Source: Phaeosaccion multiseriatum (taxonomy: Eukaryota; Protista; Ochrophyta, other classes). Taken from it: a stretch of DNA of 64,000 bases. The notes under the pieces are model-generated. The model was not told where the DNA came from, made no database searches, and worked only from the letters and a program-made list of their open reading frames with translations. The position numbers and the translations under genes were made by a program. Positions 1-12,682 of the stretch are shown in pieces. Every line of letters begins with the position of its first letter. Position 1 is the stretch's first letter. The stretch spans positions 3,968,001 through 4,032,000 of the forward strand of contig OZ218952.1 of assembly GCA_965112735.1 (NCBI GenBank), in the 5' to 3' direction.

Positions 1-168
1 TCTCTCTCTCTTCCGAGAAGGACCATTGGTACCCTTCTTCTTCGAGTCTCCTTCGGTTTCACTCCTTGAGCTGGATCGGGATCTCCTCGTGCCCCTCGTA
101 ACAGCCCCTCCCCCCGTGCTGCTACTACTGGTGCTCGTGGTGCGAGGAGCGTCCTCTCCTCCCTCTGC

Positions 169-202
<34 letters not shown>

Positions 203-1555
203 GCTCCTGCTGCTGCTCCCTTTCTGCCCTTGCTGGTACCGCCACTTTTCTCCGATACTTTCCCATCCGAAGCTTCATCAGACCCGGCTCTTCCTTTCCC
301 CCCTCCTCCTTCTTCGTCCTCCTCTTGCTCATTTCCTCCTCCTTCCTCTTTCTCTCCTCCTTCCTCTCCTCCTCCTCCTCCTCCTTCCTGTTCTTCTTCT
401 CCTCCTTCTGCCTCTGCTCCTCCTCCTCCCCCTCCTCCCCTTCCTCCTCCTCGCCCGACAGCAGCAGCGCCCCCCTCTGGCAGCTCCCAGGTGGGCGTGT
501 ACAGACTGGGGTCGAGCTCATCCGGGTCTTTGAGCAGCAGCAGGTCCAGTTCGTAGGCCCGCTTCGCAATCTCTCCGACGACGGTTCGCAGCTGCACCCA
601 TCCGTTACCGCTCCGCAGAACTCGTCCTGTGAGTGAGGCACAAGGAAAAGGAAAGCACACGCACACACGCAAGCACGGACGCACAGACGCACGCACGCAA
701 GAGAGAGAGACGGGGTGGGCCATCTTCAGCACAGCACCGTTGCACGGCCCAAAGGGAGGGGGAGTACAGGCGGTGCTGCTACTACTACTCAAATCACCAG
801 CTGCTACTGCTCTCAAAACTATTGACGTTACTCTGCTACTACTACTACTACTCCTACTACTCCTACTACTCCTCTACCACTATTCCTACTACTACTCCTA
901 CTCCTACTACTACTCCTTCTTCTACTACTACTACTACTACTACTACTGCTGCTGCTGCTACAGGCACGGGTCTTCCTACCCACCCATCCACCTGCCATCC
1001 CACCCATCCATCCTACCTGGATGCCCCATGAGGCGCCCCGAGGTGATGCGCACGACCTTCCCCACCCAACTGTCTGCATCCAAAGAAGTCAGCGGGGCCG
1101 TCTCAATGTTGGCCTGGGGATGGGGATACGCGCACAAGAGATGCGAGATGCGAAATAGACAGATGCGGAGATGCGAAATAGATGCCAGATCGGGGGTGGG
1201 ATATTGGAGGGCAAGCGAAGGGTGTGGGACGGGAGCAGGGGAGGAGACGGTTCATTTGCAGCCATGAAGTTCCAACTAGTGGGGGAAACAGTGCGACGAC
1301 GCAGGTCCGAAACGTATCACACATGTGTAACGGCTCATATACCCATATACCTCTCCCCTCGCCCGCTCTTCGAGACAAAAGAGACAAAAGATGGCACTAA
1401 ACAATCGTCAGTATGTATGTGCCTGTCTCGCACCACTGTTACGTACCAGCTCTTTTCGGGCCTTGGCCCAGTTCGCCTCCTTGGCCTTAAATACGGGGGT
1501 AGTCTCGGCCTTGGATCCGGAGAGAGGGCGAGAACCGCGTGCCTCATCATCATCC

Positions 1556-1588
<33 letters not shown>

Positions 1589-2781
1589 CGCCCCTCCCCA
1601 CGATCATTCTCTTGCTCGTCAGCGGCGGCGGCGGTGGCACGAGAAGCAGCAGCATCGGGGCGAGAATGAGAAGCGTCCGCAATGCCATCACTGCCCCCTC
1701 CTTTCTTAGTCGGGCCTGTTGCGGCCGTGGCACCATGGCCCTCTTGGCTGTTGGGATCTGCTACTTCTTCCAACGTCGTTGTCGGGCGAGTCGAAGTAGT
1801 AACAGCCGCAGTTGGCGATACAGCAACAACAGCAGCAGCAGCGGCAGCGGTCGACATTGACGCCATCGACGCTTTGTCGGAAGCATCGGTAGTGGCAGCG
1901 GCGGCGACAAACTCTTGTGCCCTACCATCGCCCTCACCACCGTCACCGCAGCGGCAATGAAATTTGCCGCTGACGGCTCTGCCGCATTTGGCGCAACCTT
2001 TGGCAGCACGACTCGTGCCGCTGCTGATACCGCCGCTAGCACTACTAGCACTAGCACTGGTACCGGCACTGGAGGAGACGGCCTTCTCAGTCTTCTTCAC
2101 TGGCGCATTCGGCGGCTCTATGACGGCCACTATGGGCGGTGAAGGGGGTGAGTCCAGCACGGCATCCAGGTCCAGCTTGCCTGCTGCCCCGGCTGCTGTT
2201 GTATCACCAACTGTTGCTCCTGCTTGGAGCTCAGCATCAGCCTCGCCTCGCTTTCTCTTCTCTGACCCCCTGCTGACGACGTCTTTGCCCCCTTTGCTGT
2301 TGGCGCTGCTGCTGCTGCTGCTGTTCCTGTTGCTGTCCCCCACTTTAACAGATCTGACTGCATTATGATGAGGGAAATAAACGTTGCCCTCTGTTGCCAG
2401 CTGCTCGAGACGGGGTGGGCGGATACAATACAATGTACAGAGGGAGGGAGGGGGGGGGGTTAGATACGACACACGCTCGAGGCTGGTTGCCAGTCAGAGA
2501 CAGAGACAGAAGAGAGAGAGAGAGAGAGAGAGCACATCCAGACCTAGACCAAGCACGCTTACGCTTACCCGTCCATGAAACTTCGGACTTGGCTTGGACG
2601 CAGAAGCGTGGTGGCTGGCGGCTACTCTGTTTCCGCCGCTTCTCCTGCCGCTCTTGGTGCCACTGCTCTTGCTGTTGCCGCTGCTACCGCCGCCGCCGCC
2701 GGTACTGCTGGGGCTGCTCAGGGTTACATTTACTCTTGTGCCGCCGCGGGCAAGGCGAGGGTGGCTAGTTGGCTCCATCAT
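1..2781 (-). CDS. Hypothetical protein with a KOW/SH3-like motif (WVGKVVRITSGRLMGHPGRVLRSGNGWVQLRTVVGEIAKRAYEL); 3' end runs off the window
   Basis: Exons ~2781-2569, ~2400-1447, 1113-1017 and 626-<1 join in phase through GT-AG introns. The ordered motif spans the 1017/626 junction. The rest is low-complexity Ala/Gly/Ser/Asp sequence with a small CxxC...HCxC cluster. Confidence 0.6.
830..950. repeat. (TAC)n imperfect microsatellite in an intron
   Basis: Directly visible tandem TAC/TCC array. Confidence 0.9.
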
Positions 2782-3614
2782 CTCTCTCTCTCCCTCCTTG
2801 CCCTGGTCTGTGGCCCACAGAAATAAATTTTCTGGAGAGAAAAGAAGGCATCGAAGTTACGATAGGAAGAGTAAGCATGACGGCTTTGGGAGAAAGAGAG
2901 CGTTAAAGAAGGGAGGGTGTCCGAGGAGTGCAATCAGCCGAGGGCCAACTCTCCTGTTGCTGTGCTGTGTGTTACAGTTGATCACAGGGCTCAATCCAGC
3001 ATGGACAGCAGCCGCACCAGAGGTGGGAGCACAGCAGCAGCACCAGGAGCAGGAAAGTAAGCATAGGTGTGCAAGGAGGGTGCCCCAGCAGCAAAGCCGG
3101 GAACATGCCTCCAGGGATAGTAGGATAGATGGAAAGGTGGAAGGTTGACAGGGAAGAGAAGATGACGAAGGAGAGAGAGGGAGGGAGACAGACGGAAAGA
3201 GAGGGAAAGAGGGAGAGAGAGAGAGAGCGAAAGAGAGAAGAGAGGTCCCGGGAACATTCTTTTTTAAAGGAGAAGGCCAGAGGTAGTAAAGCTGCAGCAG
3301 GTGAAGAGAGCCATGCGAGAGGGAAACAAAAGGCCTCCCTATTCAACACGTAAGTCTCACCTGCTGCGTAGATGCAAACGTGGAAGCAGAGCAAAAGCAG
3401 AAGGCCAGGCACAGCTGCAAGCGAGTCAAGAGGTAACTACTCTTGTAGGGCCAATCTCTCGCAATCCCGTGGTTGCTTTAGAAAAAAAAGAGAGAGATGA
3501 CATTGGTCCACCCCAGGGTTGTTGACTTTTTTTCCGGGTTGGTCGCGGAAGGGGCAGGCAGCACAAATAAACAACAACAAAACACAAAAACATTGGGATA
3601 GATAAGAGAGAGAT

Positions 3615-4902
3615 ATGGATACGAGAAGGGGAGGGCGTGGTCGAGGCTCAAGAGGGAGCGGTAGGCCAGGAGGCGCAACAAGAGGAGCAGCAGCAGGAGG
3701 AGGAGCTGAGGTAAAGCAGAGGGGAGATCGCCCAGAGGGCGGAAGATGGATTTCATCGAGTGAGCTTGGCGCTCCGCCACCGCAGGCTGGCCGTCCGGCT
3801 GAGGGGAGAGGACGGAGAGACGGGGGTGATAGGAATGCCAATAGGAATGGGAGAGGAGGGGGCAACAACCGAAACAACAACAACAGCAACCGCAGCAACA
3901 ACAACAATAGAGGGGGTGCCAGCGTGTTCCCAGAGCACATGAGTGAGGAAGAGGCGGAGGACGGGCTCCGGAGAGGGATTCTTTTCGCGGGCAAGCTTCG
4001 CATCAGCGCCAAGAATAGAAAGATGGGGTTTGTCAGGTGAGGGTGGGGGAGGAGGAGGAGGAGGAGGAGCAGGAGGAGGAGGAGCAGGAGGAGGAGGAGG
4101 AGGAGGAGGAGGAGGAGGAGAAAATTAAACCCCGTTGTCGCCGACTGGCTGATTCGTGCATGTCCTTTGTCCTCTTGTGCATTGGCAGTGCCGAAGGGGG
4201 GGTCATGCCCCGAGACATCCTGATCGACGGGGAGAGGGAAAGGAACAGAGCGTGGGAGGGAGACACGGTGAGTGAGTGAGCCACTACTTCAAGATGCCTT
4301 TCCCTCCTTTTTTTTTTCTTGCGCATGTTCTTACCTATCGCCTGATCCCTTTTGGTCGTCCGTCTCTGTCGTCAAGGTGGTTGTGGAGCTCCTGCCCGAG
4401 ACGGAGTGGGTGGCGACGGCAGAGACGCAGACCCCTTCCAACGATATGATCATTGGGGCCGCTTTCGCTCGAATAGGCCTCACAGAGAAACAGCCTACAC
4501 ATGGCGAGGGTGGGCAGAATGATGATGATGCGGATGCGAGTACGGCGGTTCACGAGGCCCTTTGGCGGCCTCAGGTCCAGTACAAGAGCATAAAGGAGAG
4601 GGAGAAGGAGCGGGAGGAGGCTGGGAGTGGGGCAGCAGGGTCGGAGTCATCCGTAGTATCGTCTTGCTCTCTCTGCGAGCTGGGCAAGAGAGCCAAGCAG
4701 GCCAACCTGCAGCCCAAGGGGAAGGTGGTGCGCATCAAGGAGAGCAGACATCGGGTACGTGCGTGCGTGTGTACGTGTGTCCGTGCGTGTGTACGTGTGT
4801 GGAGGGGAGGAGGATGAGGACTACGAGCAGCGTGTTCGGTGATGGTGATGTTGGCGTCTCTTGACAGACACGGGTAGGGTACGTCTCTCTCCCTTTCCTC
4901 TC

Positions 4903-4943
<41 letters not shown>

Positions 4944-7900
4944 GCATACACCGCAGATGCAGCACATGGGGTGCCTGGTCCCGCTCAGCCCTCTTGTCAA
5001 CGGCGGGCTCAACCCCAGAGACGCATTTGTCGTCTTCCGCCCCGCAGACCAGCGCTACCCCCACCTCCTCATCCCCCGGGGGGAGCTGCCCTTCGCCTAC
5101 CTGGAGACTCCGGAGGCCTTCGTGAACAGCATCTTCCTCGCCCTCCTGCCCCCTCAGGAGTGGCCCGTCCACTCCAAGATGCCTGCGGGCTGTGCCGTGC
5201 GCTGCGTGGGAGAGGCAGGCTGTATAGAGCCCGAGACGCAGGCGCTACTCGCAGAGCACCAGGTGGGTGGGGTGGGGTGGGGTGCGTGGGTGCGTGCGTG
5301 GGTGCGTGCGTGTCTGGTGGGAGGGTGGGTCGGTTCCGTTCTCTGCGTGTGTGTTGATGTTTGGTGTTTGGTGTCTGCACGGCCAATTTGGGCTTTGCTT
5401 TGCTCCCACTCACAGGTACTGTACCCCTTCATCTCTCCCACCCCCAAATGGCATCGCCTTGTTCCTTGTACATACAACTTGTGCAGCTGGACCATGGAGA
5501 CTTCCCCGCAGACGTCATGGACTCTCTGCAGGGCTTCATGGAAGGGACCGTAGCGTCGACCCCACCCCCTCCTCCTGGGGGTACAGCAGTTGGTGATGCA
5601 GCAGCAGTAGCAGCAGCAGTTGGTGATACAGCGCCGGCTGGCGGGGTGCACACCCGAGGCTCCACGTGGCAGATCCCCGCCTCCGAAATTGCCTCTCGTA
5701 GGGACCTCCGGAACTCGCACCGCATCTTCTCCATCGATCCGACGACGGCCAAGGACCTAGACGACGCCCTGCACATCACCCCCCTGGGGACGGATGGGAC
5801 CCCCCTAGGGCCTGGGCAGGGGCAGGGTAGGGGAGAGGTGGGGGAGGTGGAGATTGGAGTTCACATTGCCGATGTATCATACTTTATTCAGCCGGGTTCA
5901 GCGCTGGACAGGGAGGCGAGGAGGAGGGCAACGTCTGTTTACTTGGTGCAGAAGGTAGGAAGGAGGGAGAAGGGGAGTGGAAGGGGGGGGGGGGAGGAGA
6001 GGAGGAGAGGAGAGGAGAGGAGAGGGAAGGCGTGGGGGCGTGGGCATGCGCGTGGGGTATGTCGGGAGGGAGGGAGGTCCTGTGTGCGTGCTTCTGCTGT
6101 TGCACTTGTTACCCCCCCCTCCCCCTTCTCCTCCTTGCCTTCTCCTCCACCTCCTCCTCTCTGATGAATCATCCTTGCCTCATCTTCCTTTGCCTGCCTG
6201 CCCACCTACCCATATGCCTGCCCATCAGGTGATCCCAATGCTGCCGCCCCTGCTCTGCGAGGAGCTGTGCAGTCTCAACCCCAATGTGGACCGCCTGGCT
6301 TTCTCCGCCATTTGGAGAATGAAGGTGTGTTGCTCGCCCTCGTGCGCATGGGCTGGTGGGCAGGCAGGCAGGCAGGCCTCCGGTAGCGTGCATGCTGATC
6401 CCTTCTTCCTCTATGCCCTTGTCTTTCTCTCTTCCTTCTTTGGCTCCTGCTGCTTTGACAATCCTACATTCTCTTCTCCTCTTTTATCTCTGTCGATATG
6501 CATCCCTTTCTCTCGTGTGTATTCCCCAGACTGACGGCACTCTAGTGGAAGGCTCTCAGTGGTTCGGTCGCACTGTTATTCGCTCCTGCTGCAAACTCGA
6601 CTACGCGACTGCCCAAAAGATGATCGAGGGAGATATCACACCGGGCATGGCAAATGCAGACATCTCACATGCCCTGTGGGACACAAAGAGGTAAAGGAAA
6701 AAAAGCTGAAAACTGAAACTGAAACTGAACACACAGCTTTGTCGTTGACATACTTCCCTCCCCCCCACCGGCTGTACACTCCACTCCAGTGCGCTATCAT
6801 CTGATGTCACCCATTCCCTCTCCCCCTGCCTCCCCTCTCCCCCCCCTCCCCCCCCCCCCCTTTCTCCCCTCCCCTCCCTTCCCCCTCTTACCCCCAGGCG
6901 TCCCGTGGGCCACTCAGTCTGTGACGTTGTCAACGACGTGATCCTCCTCAACTCCACCGCCAAGCAGCGCCGGAAGAAGCGTTACGCACACGGAGCCCTT
7001 GCCCTCAACCGGGTGAAACTGTCCTTCAAGCTCGAAGCGCAAACTGGAAACCCCGAGTCGTTCTTCGAGTACCCCATCCGAGACAGTAACCGCCTTGTAG
7101 AGGAGTACATGCTCTTGGCCAACTACCTCGTGGCCCAGCAGCTCTTGATGGATAGCGGTGACCTTGCTATGCTTCGCATGCACCCCCCGCCCCAGACCAA
7201 GGGCATGCAAGACCTGAAGGAATCGCTGGAGAAGCACGGGGTGTTCATTGACATATCCTCCGCCGCGGCGTTACAGACCTCCCTGCTCAGACTGGAGCCG
7301 CGGCTGTTTGAGGTGGGTGGGGGTTGACTGGAGCGGGGTGCCTATCTCTCCCTCTTTCTCTTTGTGTGTACGTGCATGTGTGTGTAGCAGTAGCTGTTTC
7401 GTGTGTAGATACATACGGTGGTCCTTCTCTCCCCATTCCATGCCGTCTCGGAGCGGTCTCCCAACACGTCCGTCGAACCCGTTCTTCTGTATCCACCCAT
7501 CTGTTCATCTATCCACCCATCCATCTACCTGCCTACCTTCCTCCCTCCCTCCCTCCCTCCCTCCCTCCCTACCCACTCACCAACCTACCCACGCACCTAC
7601 CCACCCACCTACCCACCTACCTACCCACCTACCTACCTCCCTACCTCCCTCCCTCCCTCCCTCCCTCCCTCTATAGATTGTCACTATGATGGCGACCATT
7701 CCCATGGAGCCCGCCCAGTACATTGCAGCGGGAGACAGCGAGCAGGGCCTCCGTCACTACGCGCTCAATATCCCCTACTACACGCACTTCACCAGTCCCA
7801 TCCGACGCTATGCGGACGTGATGGTGCATCGCCTCCTCACAGCAACGCTGGAGGCTTCTCAGGGCCCAGGCTCAAGCAGCAATGGGGGGGAAGCGGGGGC

Positions 7901-9334
7901 GGAAGCGGGGGCGGAGGAGGAGCAGCGGAGGCGGATGCTGTATGTAGCGAGCAGCTGCGGGTACGGGGTGGAGGAGGTGTCGAGCGTGGCGAAGCGCTGC
8001 AATGAGATGAAGATGGCATCCAAGATGGCGCAGGAGAGGAGTGACGTGGTGAGTGAGTGAACTGTGCGCGAGAAGGATTGACGAGGGTGGTGTAGAGAGG
8101 GGAGAGGGAGGGGAGGGATGCGGGCGGCTTAAGTGCAGATGTGAGTAAGTGCGTGCGGCCGGTGATCCTTCTTACGTATGCATTCCTTCCTTTCCTTCCT
8201 TCCTTCCTTCCTTCCTTCCTTCCTTCTTTCCGTCCTTCCTTCCTTCGTTCCTTCCCTCCTTCCTTTTTGCTATCCCACTTTCTCATCCTTTCCCTCCTCC
8301 TCCTTCTCCTTCTCCTCCTCCTCCTCCTCCTCCTCCTCCTCCCTTCTTCTTCTTCTTCTTCTTCTTCTTCTTCTTCTTCTTCTTCTTCTTCTTCTTCTTC
8401 TTCTTCTTCTTCTTCTTCTTCTTCTTCTTCTTCTTCTTCTTCTTCTTCTTCTTCTTCTTCTTCTTCTTCTTCTTCTTCTTCTTCTTCTTCTTCTTCTTCT
8501 TCTTCTTCTTCTTCTTCTTCTTCTTCTTCTTCTTCTTCTTCTTCTTCTTCTTCTTCTTCCTCCTCCTCCTCCTCCTCCTCCTCCTCCTCCTCCTCCTCCT
8601 CCTCCTCCTCCTCCAAGGTGTTTCTAGCAGTGTACCTGCTGTCCCACCCGTGCAAAGCCAAGGGCACAGTTGTGAGCCTGGGTGCTAAGGCCTTCACTGT
8701 GTCGGTGCCAAGCCTCGGCATCGACTCGAGGATCTACTTAGACAAGGTCCGTAGCTCTGTTCCGTCGTTTACTTTGAGCTCCACATACATGGCTGCTGCC
8801 CTGCATGTTGCCCCCCCCCCCCCCCTGAACCCCCCGCTGAACCCCCCGCTGCTGCCCCGTTGCTGCATCACCAACTGCTGCGTGACCTGCACCTTCAGAT
8901 CGACGGCACAACGTCCACCTTCGACGAGGCGAAGAGAGTCATCACCCTCACTGCCACGAGCCAGGCCCTGCACAACTGGACCACTGTGGACATTGAGCTC
9001 TTCTCCACGGTGCGTGTGCGTGTGCGTGCGTGCGTGCGTGCGACATGAGGGAAGGGAGAGGGGAGGGCGCAGAGAGACAGGGGAGAGAGCAGACGTTAAG
9101 GGGCCGTTAAGGGAAGGGCAGGGAGAGAGGAAGGCGAGTAGGGATGTGCTTACTGATGCTGCGCAGCACTAGGGTTTCCGAGGTTTCTCTCTCAGCACTG
9201 CTTCATCCCTCACACCCTTCCCTCTCTCAACTGTGCCGTCGTCTGTCGCGAAGGTGGAAGTAGCTTGCTCGGCGAAGAAGGTCAGCCCCATTCAGGTTCA
9301 AGTGGACTTTGTCAGGCCACTTGTTACCTCGTGA
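3615..9334 (+). CDS. DIS3L2: DIS3-like exonuclease 2 (RNase II/RNB family 3'-5' exoribonuclease), ~12 exons
   Basis: N-terminal cold-shock/OB region ([34 protein letters not shown]). Catalytic [16 protein letters not shown], plus [45 protein letters not shown] and the RNB signature [28 protein letters not shown]. No PIN domain seen. Exons approx. 3615-4036, 4189-4268, 4377-4754, 4957-5262, 5487-5954, 6229-6324, 6530-6689, 6898-7311, 7677-8048, 8618-8746, 8899-9009, 9253-9334. Confidence 0.95.
8342..8613 (+). repeat. (CTT)n followed by (CCT)n, forming the polypyrimidine tract of a DIS3L2 intron
   Basis: Perfect trinucleotide arrays ending just before the AG at ~8617. Confidence 0.95.
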
Positions 9335-9623
9335 AAGGCGTACACGCACCAGCATCAGCATCAGCAGCAGGTGGCAGTAGAGGGAAAGAGCGAGTCTAAA
9401 CTAGAAGGGTGAGCCATGGATTTTTTTTTTTTTTTTTTTTTTTTTAACGAAGGCGGCGCGAGTGATCATAAGAGCGGTTATTAAGCCCCCGCATTCAGTG
9501 TGCATAGTTATATTAAGGGAGTTGAACAAACGTCCTAGCCGAACCGAACGCTCCCCTCTTGGCCCCGTCTCGTCAGCGACACGAACATGCCCGTCCGAGC
9601 AGTGTGCAGTACAGTGCTGTGTC

Positions 9624-9625
<2 letters not shown>

Positions 9626-9710
<85 letters not shown>
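9626..9710. repeat. (TG)n dinucleotide microsatellite, intergenic/3' UTR
   Basis: Directly visible. Confidence 0.95.
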
Positions 9711-9714
<4 letters not shown>

Positions 9715-10228
9715 TTTATGCACTCCTGGTGCACTCCTGGCGATGTCCATGCTGTATCTGTAACGGTGTCGGCATCGGGATGTGTGCATTGCACCACCGC
9801 GTCGTACTGCAAGCGCCAGCCCGCCCAACACCAGCTTTGCAAGCGACCTACCTACGTACGTACGTACGTACCTACCTATCCACCTACCTACCCTCCCGCC
9901 ACTACCCACCCATACCTACCTATACGTATGCCTACGTATACCGTCTTCTCTACCGCTCCTTCGTTATGCCTTTAGTCTATGTAGAATCTCCGGAGGCTTG
10001 TCGTGCTCTATCCTTTGCTCGGGTCGGGCATCCGCCCACCCATTGACCACAAAAGGAGTTGTCAGTCCGCCCGCCCCCCCCCCCCCTCCCCCCTGGGCTC
10101 TCGACGGGGCTCTCGACGGGGCTCTTAGCGTTAGCGCTGCTGCTGTCCGGGCCTCCTCCTCCGCATGGAGATGCTGCTGCTGGTGGAGTCAGCCTCCGTT
10201 TGCCAACAAGACGCCGTACTTGCTTTGT

Positions 10229-10818
10229 CTACATCGCCATTTTACTGCCAGCAGGACACACAGATGGAGAGAGAGAGAGAGAAGTGAGAGAGGAGGGAGA
10301 GGTGAGAGGCAAGCAGCGTTGGGCATGAGGAGGGAATACACATCTGTACATTTGGTACTGGGCTTGGGTTCGACGTCTGCTCCTCCTCAGACTACTACTA
10401 CTACTACTACTACTACTTCTCTCCCTCCCATCCTCCCTGTCCCCTTCCTCCCTCGCTCGCTGGCACAAGCCACTCACTCTCTACACCACACAGCACACAA
10501 GTACTCACGTGTACAGAGGAATGTCGCACTCCTTGGAGTAATGCTTGAGATAGGCCAGGAGCTTGGGCGGGATGTCAAGGTCCTTAATAATCGTAATGCT
10601 CCTCATCCTGGACCAGAAGCTAATGTCCATGTAGCTGGGGCCTCCCTCCGACACACACGTCTCGCTGAACATCATCTCCGGCAGCTCGACGAGCTTCTTT
10701 TCGAGCTCTCCTTTGAGGTAGGAAGTCTCGCCGAGGTTCTCCTCGTAGGAGCTGGGCTCCGGTAAGGGGTGGTTCGTTATGAAAGCCTGGTGGGTGGGTG
10801 GGGGTAGAGGTGTTGGGT

Positions 10819-10857
<39 letters not shown>

Positions 10858-12524
10858 GGTGTTGAAGGAGAGAGGGAGTGGGTGGAGTGTGTGTGAGAGA
10901 GAGAGAGAGTGGTTTCGGAAGAGAGGGGGTGAGTGGGTCAAGAGAGAGAGGGAGATGATGGAGAGGGGGGGGGATTGGGGGGGAGACGCCCCTGCACCCA
11001 TACATACACAGTGAGGAATGCAGAGAGGCGTAGGCAGGCAGGTCGGATGTGGATAAGCACGCGCACGCACATGCACTCAGAGAGAGAGGACTCTACTGGG
11101 GTGGCTCCTGTCCCCGTCAATCGGGACTAACTTACGTCTCGGGACGCTTGAAACTGAAACTCTGGCAGGGGGGCCTTTACGTGGCGGGGTCGCATGAGTC
11201 GCCGCATCAGCACGGAACTTCTCTGCACCCACGCCTCGATGTCCTCCCGTTCGCCCTCCTGCAGGACTGAGATGTCCAGAAAAAGGGACGGAATTGGCAC
11301 GCATCACCATAGCAGCCGTCATTGCAAAGAAGGGAGGAATGAGAGAGAGAAAGAGACGGGGGAAGGTAGGGGGAAAGCAAACCAACGTACTTGGGCCGTC
11401 TCCCCCAAAGGTGACGCAGTCATTGTCCACCCTCCGAACAATGTCCATGCTCTCCGGTAGCACCTCGTGATTCTTTGAGCCAGGCTCCCCAAGCTCCAGA
11501 ATGGGTACGGCTTTCTTGCCGATGAGGGAGGTTGGGATGTCAATTTCGTCATTAGCCTGGGGACGGAAGGGGAGGGGGGGGCCAAGAGCAGCGGTCAGCA
11601 GCAGCACGACTTTGCGGATTGTCGCTCGCCTAGCAGCGCGAGGCAGTAGCGCGAGTAGTACAAGCAGAGGAGTAGGTGTTCAACTGCCAAACGGGAGACC
11701 GTTCTGGGGAGCAAAGTGAGCAAACTGAAAATTGTTCGCTCGACAGCGCATGACCCGCGAAGGTCCCCGTGACGAGACCCCCAAACCGGCTCCACGCCTT
11801 CAGTCCACGAAAGTACCAAATCTCCCCTCCATCTTCTCTCTCTCCCTCCGTCCCTCTCAGCTGTGCAAACAGCATAATTCATGCACATCAACACATTACT
11901 ACTTCTCTCTCTCTTGTACAGACGGGTACATTTATTGTACACGGACGTAGTGCCCCCACGCACCAGGAAGACAAGCTCGTGGCGGACCTTCTTCAAGCCG
12001 AGGATCATGCGGGCTCGAACGCAGTAGGGGCTGGGGAGATAGAGTGAAGATAGTTCAGGGGAGGGTGAGGGAAGGAAGAAAGAGAGAGGAAGCAAAAAAA
12101 GTGGTGTCGCACTCTGAGAAGCACGTTAACTATGACTAGTCTGGATACATTAATAGCTGTACCCGCCCAAGACGGCCGGGCGCGAGACTCACCAGTGATC
12201 ATACACGTACAGCCGTGGCATTGTGTAGGGTCTCTTTGACGCCGGTTTCTGCCCCTTCTGCTTGCGGGGTGCACAACGAGCCGGAGGGGGAGCAGGAGGA
12301 GGGGGAGGGGAGGGGGAAGGGGAAGAGTTTGAAGGAAGTCAGCGAGCAAACATTCTCAGCACGACTGCATCACATCCCTTTCAAGAGGCAAGGCTTGCAC
12401 GTACCGGAAAGGAAGCCGAGGTCATCCTCAAGCCCCCAACAGCAAACGAACTGACAAAGGGAAGGAGGCACACCAAACTGAACAGCGTCAACTTGATGCT
12501 TTTGTTGATGATACCAGCGACCAT
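10229..12524 (-). CDS. grxB: Glutaredoxin 2 (GrxB, GST-fold) with a bipartite signal + plastid transit presequence
   Basis: Spliced translation PRLYVYDHCPYCVRARMILGLK...ANDEIDIPTSLIGKKAVPIL...PESMDIV...DIPLYTKMAM* closely follows the E. coli GrxB pattern (KLYIYDHCPYCLKARMIFGLK...PESMDIV...SSMAI). The CPYC active site is split by an intron. N-terminus MVAGIINKSIKLTLFSLVCLLPFVSS-FAV. Confidence 0.93.
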
Positions 12525-12682
12525 AGCTCCCCCAGGATCTTTGTTGCAATGTAAAAGAGGGGAGAGAAAATGGTGAACGCCGGAACATCGTCGCCAGCTG
12601 TGTACTTTCTTGCCACACGATGGCACCAGAAGGTAAATAATAAACCGTGGGAGCGTCGAGTCCATAATAAACAAACGCGCTC
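12525..12682. promoter_or_regulatory. Probable bidirectional promoter between the grxB-like and SRR1-like genes
   Basis: Only 158 bp separate the divergent ATGs at 12524 (-) and 12683 (+). The spacer is free of microsatellites and has AT-rich patches (taaataataaa, ataataaacaaa). Confidence 0.6.

Noticed and set aside
7837-9172. Long ORFs with poly-E/poly-S/poly-F/poly-L
   Set aside because: These are stop-free readings of the intronic (CTT)n/(CCT)n tract of DIS3L2.
12381-12404. Apparent premature stop after the GrxB presequence (possible pseudogene or recoding)
   Set aside because: A GTACGT donor precedes the stop, and splicing restores the frame.
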